Assembly (NCBI GenBank): GCA_037445915.1
Contig: JBBIJQ010000053.1
Coordinates: 1 to 11,072, forward strand
From: Planctomycetales bacterium
GTDB taxonomy: Bacteria; 4484-113
Length of the DNA: 11,072 nucleotides
Direction: 5' to 3'
The first letter of the stretch is position 1. Each line of letters starts with the position of its first letter. Shown piece after piece: positions 1 to 6,156 of the stretch. Position numbers and translations under genes: made by a program. A model generated the notes under the pieces. It was not told where the DNA came from, did no database searches, and saw only the letters and a list, made by a program, of their open reading frames with translations.

Positions 1-1
1 G

Positions 2-394
2 TGCGCGGCGAGGTCGGAAGACCCGGCTGTGCGGCAGAAGCTGGTGGACGGCTGGCGAAAGCTCTTCGGGCACGAAAACTACACAGCCGAAAACGTGTAG
101 TGCGGCGGCTGCAAAGCTGGCGGGCTCATCGCCGACAAGCAGTGCGAGGCGCGGCCGTGCGCGATGGAGCGCGGCGTGGAAAGTTGCGCGCTTTGCGAGG
201 ATTTCGTGTGCAAGAAGGTCGGGAATCTCCTCGCCAGCGCCGAAGGGATGTTCGTTTTCATGAACAATAAGATGAGCGAAGTCACGCGCGAGGAGTTTGA
301 GTTGTGCGCGCGGCAGTTTTGCTCCATGCCCGCGCTTATCCGCATCATGGCCGACGCGGGGAAGCTGCCGGGGTGGGTTAAGGGCGAGAGGTAG
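2..394 (+). pseudogene. DUF3795-like Cys-rich (putative metal-binding) protein, 5'-truncated by the window edge, with an in-frame TAG at 98-100 (nonsense mutation, sequencing error or readthrough)
   Basis: Frame 2 reads CAARSEDPAVRQKLVDGWRKLFGHENYTAENV*CGGCKAGGLIADKQCEARPCAMERGVESCALCEDFVCKK...GER*. The CxxC...C...C...CxxCxxxxC pattern resembles DUF3795 proteins and runs across the TAG. The ORF track shows only 164..394. Confidence 0.7.
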
Positions 395-417
395 AATGTA
401 GTTGGGATTCCAGACGA

Positions 418-721
418 GTACGCCGGGCTAACCAGCCCGGCCGAGAAAGGGATTAGAGGTGAGGGAATAGGGATTAGCCCCAGATTCCGTAGGCCGCACT
501 TTAGTGTGGCTTATGGAGTGTAGGGCGCGGGCTTGTACCGCGCCAATGGTATCTTCCGGGAGCGACTGAGGCGGCATACAAGCTGCCGCCCTACACCCGG
601 ATTCCAGACGGCGGGGGGTAAACCCCCGCCCTTCAAAAGATTCCAAAATCCAGAGCCAGGCTAAAGCCAGGCCTACGGTAGGAAAAGTGAATCCAGAGCC
701 GCGCTGGTGAGCGCGGCGTAC
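418..721. repeat. Nested cluster of REP-like hairpins: three inverted pairs plus one single GAAG-type REP
   Basis: Pair A: GTAC-GCCGGGCT-AACC-AGCCCGGC (418-441) and inverted partner 698-721. Pair B: GTAG-GCCGCAC-TTTA-GTGTGGC (489-510) and inverted 655-676. Pair C: GTAG-GGCGCGG-GCTTGTA-CCGCGCC (520-544) and inverted 570-594. Single D: 610-634 on - strand, GAAG-GGCGGGGG-TTTAC-CCCCCGCC. Confidence 0.85.
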
Positions 722-749
722 CCATTATTTGATTGTCAACAACCTGGAT

Positions 750-813
750 GCCGGAGGCGGGGCATTCCTGCCTCGTGTCTTTAGTAGTGCGGCAAGAAAG
801 CCGCACCTCCGGC
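750..813. repeat. GGAG-type REP doublet (REPIN-like) next to the antiporter stop codon
   Basis: GCCGGAG-GCGGGGCA-TTCC-TGCCTCGT (750-776) faces GTGCGGC-AAGAAA-GCCGCAC-CTCCGGC (787-813). The outer 7 bp are a perfect inverted repeat. Confidence 0.75.
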
Positions 814-827
814 TACTTCATATCTGC

Positions 828-2183
828 CTACCTCTCCGGTAGCCCGTGGGGGATAACGCGCTTGAGCCAAATGGGGGTAACGAGCGTGGTGACGAGCACC
901 ATAAGTATCATTATGCTGAAGACGTCAATGCCGATGATGCCCGATGACAGACCTACTGCGGCGATGATGAGCCCCACTTCGCCTCGGCTTATCATGCCCA
1001 CGCCGACGCGCCAGCTTTCGGTGCGCGTGAAGCCCGCGAGCATCGCGCCGGCGGCGCAGCCCCACGCCTTCGTGTAAACCGCCACGACGATGATGAGCAG
1101 AGCGAAGATAATGAGTAGCCATTCCTGCGAGCTCATCTCGCGCATGCGCGCAAGCGGGTCAAAAACGGTGCGAGCGTTGGCCTCCAGCCCTATGCTGATG
1201 AAGAACACGGAGACAAAGAAGCCGTAAGTAAGCGTGCGTAGGTCGCGGTCAATTTCCTCGCGCAAGTGCGTCTGGGCGATGAGGACTCCCGCGAGGTAGC
1301 TTCCGGTTATTGCAGCCAGGTTGCCGATAAACTCCGCCATCCACGCGTAAAACAGCCCGACGACAATTGCGCCTGCGAGCAGCCCGGCGGTAAGCGGCTG
1401 GCTGTTCATGTAGGAAATGTAGCGCTTTGCATAGCGGAAACCGAAAATGGCTATGGCGACAAACGCCGCCATAAGGAAGATGAGCACGAATATGCGCATG
1501 ACGCCCTCGTAGGGGTGCAGCGCAGGAGCTGTTAAGAGCCAGGAAATAACCCAATCAAGCAAGTGCGTGTTGGCAGCTAGGCTGCCGCCCTCCGCCGGGC
1601 GGAAGGCGATAACGATGGAAAGCAGGACAATGCCCAGCACATCGTCTATAACCGCAGCGCCGAGGATGGTCATTCCCTCTTTGCCCTTGAGCGCGCGCAG
1701 TTCCATCAGCGTCTGCGCAGTGATCGAGACGGACGTGGCAGTGAGGATTGTGCCGATGAAGATGGCTTCATAAACCGTGAACTTGAGGCCAAGCTCCATA
1801 AAGGCGAATGCCACCGCGCTTCCGATAATGAGCGGGAATATCAGCCCGCCTGTGGCCGCAAGGAACGCCGCCTTGCCGACCTTCATCATCCTGCCCAGGT
1901 CGGTCTCCAAGCCTGCGAGGAACATCAAGAGGATAACGCCAATCTCGGCAATGTCCTTCACTGTGAAAAAGACGGGAACTGCAGCGTGGCCGTCAATTGA
2001 GGTTTCCACCGGCAGGAATATCGGCCAGCCGAGTATATTAAGCGCGGTCGGACCGAGGAGAAGGCCGATAAGTATCTTGCCGAAGACTGCGGGCTGGCCA
2101 TAGCGCATAGCCAATGAGCCTGCCCACTTGGCGGCGGCCAAGATGATGGCGAGTATTAACAGCAGCTGTAAGAGATGCGACAT
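828..2183 (-). CDS. Cation:proton antiporter, CPA2/NapA-KefB family (about 451 aa)
   Basis: Many hydrophobic helices with family motifs GQPAVFG..LLGP, LMFLAGLETD, TATSVSIT, AAVIDDVLG (DD motif), FFISIGL and GMISRGEVGLI. Start placed at MSHLLQ (ATG 2183; ATG 2207 is an alternative). The ORF-track extension to 2408 crosses REPs and the divergent gene. Confidence 0.93.
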   Translation of the reverse strand: MSHLLQLLLILAIILAAAKWAGSLAMRYGQPAVFGKILIGLLLGPTALNILGWPIFLPVETSIDGHAAVPVFFTVKDIAEIGVILLMFLAGLETDLGRMMKVGKAAFLAATGGLIFPLIIGSAVAFAFMELGLKFTVYEAIFIGTILTATSVSITAQTLMELRALKGKEGMTILGAAVIDDVLGIVLLSIVIAFRPAEGGSLAANTHLLDWVISWLLTAPALHPYEGVMRIFVLIFLMAAFVAIAIFGFRYAKRYISYMNSQPLTAGLLAGAIVVGLFYAWMAEFIGNLAAITGSYLAGVLIAQTHLREEIDRDLRTLTYGFFVSVFFISIGLEANARTVFDPLARMREMSSQEWLLIIFALLIIVVAVYTKAWGCAAGAMLAGFTRTESWRVGVGMISRGEVGLIIAAVGLSSGIIGIDVFSIMILMVLVTTLVTPIWLKRVIPHGLPER

Positions 2184-2261
2184 TTTAATAAACGGACGCG
2201 ATATCATCCTATAAGCGCGCGGCTGCGTCAAATGCGGTGTAGGATGGCGGAGAGTCAAGCA

Positions 2262-2329
2262 GTGGCGCGGCCGTCCCGGCCGGGAAGGGTTAAGGGCGGA
2301 GTCCAGAGCGGGACTGAAGTCCCGCCTAC
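2262..2329. repeat. REP-like hairpins in the divergent intergenic region
   Basis: - strand: GTAG-GCGGGAC-TTCA-GTCCCGC (2308-2329) followed by the TCTGGACT tail. + strand: GTGG-CG-CGGCCG-TCC-CGGCCG (2262-2282), a weaker match. Confidence 0.7.
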
Positions 2330-2342
2330 AAGGAATAAAGGT

Positions 2343-2348
2343 TATAAT
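2343..2348 (+). promoter_or_regulatory. Sigma70-type -10 box for the glycosyltransferase (short-leader or leaderless)
   Basis: Perfect TATAAT 10 nt upstream of ATG 2359, with no Shine-Dalgarno between them. Confidence 0.55.
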
Positions 2349-2358
2349 CATCGCTCCC

Positions 2359-3537
2359 ATGGAAAAGGTGAAGGTGCTACAAGTCGCGGGCTTGGACCAT
2401 TTTTTCAAGTACTTCTTGAAGCGGCTGGTCCAAGGGATGACCGAAGCCGGTTGGCAGGTTGTCTGCGCATGCGGCGATTCGGGCTATTCGGACATCCTGC
2501 GCGCCGAAAAGATGGACATCCGCACGATCCCCTACACCCGCACCTTGAACCCAATGGCGCACATCCCTTCCATCGCCGCGCTGACACGCTTGATGCGGCG
2601 CGAGAAGTTTGATGTCGTTCACGTGCACAACCCGCTGATGTCGCTCATCGCGCGCGCAGCCACGCTGCTCGCCAAGCCCCCGCTGGTTATCTATACCGCG
2701 CACGGCTTTTACTTCCACGAACACATGCCCGCATGGAAGCGGTTCGTCGGGCTGAGCCTTGAGCGCATGGCTGCGCCTGCCACGGACTTTCTGTTCACGC
2801 AGAACCGCGAAGATGCGGAGCTCGCCGTGAAATTGGGGCTGTTCAAGCCGGAACGGACGTTGGTTATAGGCAACGGCGCTGACCTGCGCGCGTTCAACCC
2901 TGCGCTTGTGCCGGATGCAAAGCGTGAAATGCTGCGGCGCGAGTTTGGCATTCCACATGGGCAGCGCGTTATCGGCATGGTCACCCGCTTTACGCGCGAT
3001 AAAGGACTGATTGAATACCTTGAGGCGGCGGCGGCGTTGAGAGCAGTTGTCCAGGACACCTGGTTCGTCATCGCAGGCGGGCGCGCCGAAGGCGACCGCC
3101 ACCCGCTTACCGAAAAGGAACTTAAGGGCATGGCGGAGTTCTTCGGCATCGGCGACCGCGTCGTGTTCACGGGCGTGCGGCAGGACATCCCTGCCGTGCT
3201 CTCGCTGTTTGACGTGTTTGTCCTTCCGTCGCACCGCGAAGGAATGCCGCGTTCGGTGCTTGAGGCGATGGCGATGGAAATCCCTGTAGTAGTCACCAAT
3301 ATACGGGGCTGCCGCGAAGAAGTCACGCACGGCGTTGAAGGCTTCCTCGTCCCGATTAAAGACGCAGACGCCCTAACCGACCGGGTGCTGGACATTCTCA
3401 AGCAGCCTGAGCTTGCGGCGCGCATGGGCAAGGCCGGGCGCGAGCGCGCGCTGCGTGAATTTGACGAAGCCAACATTGTCAAGCTACAGATAGAAGCCAT
3501 AACCCATGCTCTCCAAGATCGTCGCGCCAAGGTGTAA
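2359..3537 (+). CDS. Glycosyltransferase family 4 (GT-B fold), 392 aa
   Basis: Motifs DVVHVH, YTAHGFYFH, IGNGADL, R...DKG, and DVFVLPSHREGMPRSVLEAMAMEIPVV (E-x7-E motif), TNIRGCREEV. Confidence 0.95.
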   Translation: MEKVKVLQVAGLDHFFKYFLKRLVQGMTEAGWQVVCACGDSGYSDILRAEKMDIRTIPYTRTLNPMAHIPSIAALTRLMRREKFDVVHVHNPLMSLIARAATLLAKPPLVIYTAHGFYFHEHMPAWKRFVGLSLERMAAPATDFLFTQNREDAELAVKLGLFKPERTLVIGNGADLRAFNPALVPDAKREMLRREFGIPHGQRVIGMVTRFTRDKGLIEYLEAAAALRAVVQDTWFVIAGGRAEGDRHPLTEKELKGMAEFFGIGDRVVFTGVRQDIPAVLSLFDVFVLPSHREGMPRSVLEAMAMEIPVVVTNIRGCREEVTHGVEGFLVPIKDADALTDRVLDILKQPELAARMGKAGRERALREFDEANIVKLQIEAITHALQDRRAKV

Positions 3538-3557
3538 GGCGCATTCAGCTTCAGCAC

Positions 3558-3587
3558 TTGTATTAGGTATGCATTGGCGGGTAGAAT
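3558..3587 (+). promoter_or_regulatory. Putative sigma70 promoter of the yebC-ruvC-ruvA operon
   Basis: TTGTAT (3558-3563), an 18-nt spacer, then TAGAAT (3582-3587). SD GGAGG at 3634-3638 precedes ATG 3647. Confidence 0.55.
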
Positions 3588-3646
3588 CCTTATTCGCACC
3601 GGGCGCCAGGGCTTTGCGCGCGCGGGGGGCATCGGAGGTAACGGGT

Positions 3647-4399
3647 ATGTCGGGTCATAACAAGTGGGCTAACATCAAGATACGCAAAGGGGCGCAGGAC
3701 GCGAAGCGAGGCCGCCTCTTCTCCAAACTCATACGCGAGCTGACCGTCGCCGCGCGCGAAGGCGGCGCTGACATTGAGCATAACGCCTCGCTGAAGGTCG
3801 CCATTGAACGCTGCCGCGAGGCGAACATGCCCAAGGACACGATTGAGAAGGCTATTGCGCGCGCATCGGGCGAGGCGGGCGGGACGCAGTTTGAGCGCAT
3901 CACATACGAAGGTTACGGCCCGCTGGGCATCGCCGTGCTTGTTGAATCCCTCACCGACAACAAGAACCGGACCGTCGCAGAAGTGCGCAGCATTTTCACC
4001 CGCGCGGGCGGCAACCTCGGCGAGACGGGCTGCGTGGGGTGGCTGTTCCGCCGCAAGGGGCAGTTTGTCGTTTCCAAAGAAGGCGTGGACGAAGACCAGC
4101 TTCTTGAGATGGTGATGGAGTCGGGCGCAGAAGATATGAAGCTAGTTGACGACTCATACTTTATCACCTGCGACCCTATGAAGTTTTCGGCAGTGCGCGC
4201 ATACCTTACCAATCAAGGCGTGAATGTAATATCTTCAGACCTGGCAATGGTTCCTAACACGACTATTGAAATCACTGAAGAGAAGGATGCGCTACGGCTC
4301 ATGCGCATGCTGGAAGCCCTGGAGGACAGCGATGACGTGCAGAAAGTCCACGCCAACTGGGAGATGAGCGACGAGTTGATGGAGAAAGTCGCGAGTTGA
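3647..4399 (+). CDS. yebC: YebC/PmpR family protein, 250 aa
   Basis: Canonical N-terminus MSGHNKWANIKIRKGAQDAKRG, plus YEGYGPLG, TDNKNRT and LEDSDDVQKVHAN. GGAGG SD supports the start at 3647 rather than 3506. Confidence 0.97.
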   Translation: MSGHNKWANIKIRKGAQDAKRGRLFSKLIRELTVAAREGGADIEHNASLKVAIERCREANMPKDTIEKAIARASGEAGGTQFERITYEGYGPLGIAVLVESLTDNKNRTVAEVRSIFTRAGGNLGETGCVGWLFRRKGQFVVSKEGVDEDQLLEMVMESGAEDMKLVDDSYFITCDPMKFSAVRAYLTNQGVNVISSDLAMVPNTTIEITEEKDALRLMRMLEALEDSDDVQKVHANWEMSDELMEKVAS

Positions 4400-4881
4400 T
4401 AATCCTGGGCATTGACCCTGGCTATTCGCGAACCGGTTATGCCATCCTTAACGCCGATAAGAAGCGCAAGCCCGTCTTGCGCGCAAGCGGCGTTATAGAA
4501 ACCCCCGCCGGCGGCGACTTTCCCGCACGGCTGCTTCAGCTTTGCACCGAGTTGCGCGGCATCATCAATGCGCACAAGCCCGGCGACATGGCGCTGGAGG
4601 AGCTGTTTTGGAGCAAGAATGCCAAGACGGCGATAGGCGTGGCGCAGGCGCGCGGCGCGCTCATTGCCACCGCCGCTGAGCTTGGGCTGGGCGTGGCGGA
4701 ATACTCCCCCACAATGCTGAAGCTCGGGCTTACGGGCAACGGCGCTGCCACAAAAACGCAAGTTCGCTACATGGTTGAGAAGATACTTGGCATCGCGCCC
4801 GGCAGCAAACGGCTGGACGACGAGTTTGACGCGCTGGCGCTCGCGCTGTTGCACGCGATGCAAAAAGGGCTTATGCTCTAA
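4396..4881 (+). CDS. ruvC: Holliday junction resolvase RuvC
   Basis: ILGIDPG, ALEELF, VAQARG, EYSP..K..LTGNG.A.K.QV and DDEFDALALAL, with the catalytic acidic residues present. TTG start overlaps the yebC stop (TTGA). Confidence 0.96.
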   Translation: MIILGIDPGYSRTGYAILNADKKRKPVLRASGVIETPAGGDFPARLLQLCTELRGIINAHKPGDMALEELFWSKNAKTAIGVAQARGALIATAAELGLGVAEYSPTMLKLGLTGNGAATKTQVRYMVEKILGIAPGSKRLDDEFDALALALLHAMQKGLML

Positions 4882-4884
4882 AGC

Positions 4885-5487
4885 GTGCTCTCTTTCATTG
4901 ACGGCGCAGTTACCCACATCGCCCCCGAAGGCCGCGTAACCATCAAGTGCGGCGACTTCGGCTTCATCATTGACATGGTCGCGCGCGAAGCCAACTCGCT
5001 TGCCTACGGCGAAAGCGTGCGCGTGCACACGCTGCCCATCATCTCGCAGCAGGAGGGGCGCATCACGTGCTACGGCTTTTTGGAGGAAGTGGAGCGCGAC
5101 ATCTTCGTGCGCCTGCTGCGCTGCCCCGGCGTCGGCCCAAAGGTTGCGCTAGCGCTACTGGAGATGGGCTCGGCCAGGCTGCTGCGCGCGATTGAGGAGG
5201 AGCAGGCGGCGACGCTGACGAGCACGCAGGGCGTGGGCGCGAAGACGGCTCAGCGCTTGGTGCTGGAGCTTAAGGGCAAGTTCCGCGAGATGCTGGGGCA
5301 GCTACCCGACGCTGCTGCGCCACTCGCGCCGCAGGCAGAAGCCACGCAAGCGCTGGTGGGGCTGGGCTTCCGCGAAAACGAGGTGCTGTCAGCGCTCGCT
5401 GCGCTGGGCAAAGAAGGCGTGAGCATGGCGACGACGCCGGTTGAGGAGCTGCTCAAGCTTGTGTTGGAGAGATTGCGGAGGTCATAG
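4885..5487 (+). CDS. ruvA: Holliday junction branch migration protein RuvA
   Basis: YGF...ER..F..L...PGVGPKVAL and GVGAKTAQRLVLELKGK (HhH motifs), C-terminal EATQALVGLGF domain; follows ruvC directly. Confidence 0.96.
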   Translation: MLSFIDGAVTHIAPEGRVTIKCGDFGFIIDMVAREANSLAYGESVRVHTLPIISQQEGRITCYGFLEEVERDIFVRLLRCPGVGPKVALALLEMGSARLLRAIEEEQAATLTSTQGVGAKTAQRLVLELKGKFREMLGQLPDAAAPLAPQAEATQALVGLGFRENEVLSALAALGKEGVSMATTPVEELLKLVLERLRRS

Positions 5488-5499
5488 AAAAGAATTCGG

Positions 5500-5550
5500 G
5501 TAGGCGGCACCAGCCGAAGGCTGTCTAGCTTTAGCGCCGCGCTGGAATCC
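5500..5550 (+). repeat. GTAG-type REP interrupted by a 19-nt hairpin insertion, followed by the shared 3' tail
   Basis: GTAG-GCGGC-[ACCAGCCGAAGGCTGTCTA]-GC-TTTA-GCGCCGC-GCTGGAATCC. Removing 5509-5527 restores a perfect 7-bp stem with the same TTTA loop as pair B. Confidence 0.7.
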
Positions 5551-5579
5551 GCTGAAGGGCGGGGACCTGTGCCCCGCCG
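5551..5579 (+). repeat. Left GAAG-type REP / inverted repeat of the RAYT cassette
   Basis: GAAG-GGCGGGG-ACCTGTG-CCCCGCC hairpin; exact reverse complement of 6157-6185. Confidence 0.9.
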
Positions 5580-5607
5580 CTTTGAGAATTTCCGCTTAAC
5601 TTGATGC

Positions 5608-6096
5608 TTAACGCAACCCGCCTATATCCCCTTGATAAAGCCACTCCTCCGGTTTCTCTGATTTTTCATGATGAACTGCATTACGCGCCACATATTCCCA
5701 TTTCTCCTCATACGACTCGTCAGAACGCATTAGAGAATCTGCGAATTCCTTTTGCCAAATCGCACCTTCAAATCCAATCTTCCAAGCGCCGCGCGTGGTT
5801 ATGCTCTTCCATGTGCCGATGAATCCTGAAAGGTCGGTGATTACGCCAACTTCCTTTTTGGGCGCACAGAAAAAATGGACATGGTCAGGCATCACAATAT
5901 ACCGCCCAACCGCCCATCCAGCTTTTTCAGCCACCGAGCGGAATGATTCGGTTAGCATTTGATGAATCTCTGGAGTGGCAAGTAAGTATTGACGGCGGTG
6001 CGTGCATATAGTGATGAAGTAAATCTGCGGATTGATATCAGAACGCACTTCGGCAAGGCGCCGCCTGTGTTTCCGGTCTGGGAGTGAAGATTCCAT
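5608..6096 (-). CDS. REP-associated tyrosine transposase (RAYT; IS200-like Y1 HUH family), 162 aa
   Basis: YFITICTHRR, YIVMPDHVH (HUH, His72/His74), WQKEF.D..MRS.ESY.EKWEYV..N (candidate catalytic Tyr135) and C-terminal EEW.Y. Confidence 0.9.
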   Translation of the reverse strand: MESSLPDRKHRRRLAEVRSDINPQIYFITICTHRRQYLLATPEIHQMLTESFRSVAEKAGWAVGRYIVMPDHVHFFCAPKKEVGVITDLSGFIGTWKSITTRGAWKIGFEGAIWQKEFADSLMRSDESYEEKWEYVARNAVHHEKSEKPEEWLYQGDIGGLR

Positions 6097-6103
6097 CCAC
6101 GCG

Positions 6104-6109
6104 ATTATA
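6104..6109 (-). promoter_or_regulatory. -10 box for the RAYT gene (likely leaderless)
   Basis: - strand TATAAT followed by 7 nt (CGCGTGG) and then ATG 6096. It lies inside the REP-bounded cassette. Confidence 0.55.
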
Positions 6110-6156
6110 GCGGAAAGTGCCTACGCCCTGAATAATCATCTGTGCAAGTAAGAACA

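Noticed and set aside
428-646. 72-aa ORF on the - strand
   Set aside because: It lies entirely within the REP cluster and has no SD or protein-like features.
405-813. CRISPR array or single structured ncRNA in the hairpin-rich intergenic region
   Set aside because: There are no identical direct repeats with regular spacers and no cas genes. The units are inverted tetranucleotide+hairpin pairs, which fits REPs.
375-2298. Exact 12-mer GGGTTAAGGGCG at 375-386 and 2287-2298, both near REP clusters
   Set aside because: A few 12-mer matches are expected by chance in 11 kb of GC-rich DNA, one copy is coding, and the match does not extend.
2184-2408. N-terminal extension of the antiporter as given in the ORF track (526 aa)
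   Set aside because: It is not family-like, crosses REPs, and overlaps the GT4 start. Family similarity begins at MSHLLQ.
3621-3630. CGCGGGGGGC in the yebC leader, identical to an rnpB P1 strand
   Set aside because: It is a short low-complexity GC match with no further similarity.
3506-3646. N-terminal extension of YebC (297-aa ORF)
   Set aside because: The canonical MSGHNKW start has a GGAGG SD, and the extension overlaps the GT4 end and the promoter.
2377-5028. Long antisense ORFs (2377..3330, 2709..3632, 4213..5028; likewise 7104..7691)
   Set aside because: They are shadow frames of well-supported GC-rich genes on the opposite strand and show no recognisable motifs.
5608-6096. IS200/IS605 element with TnpB, or an omega-RNA system
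   Set aside because: There is no tnpB or iscB. The adjacent RNA is clearly RNase P, the nearby RuvC is the housekeeping resolvase, and the protein motifs and flanks fit a RAYT.
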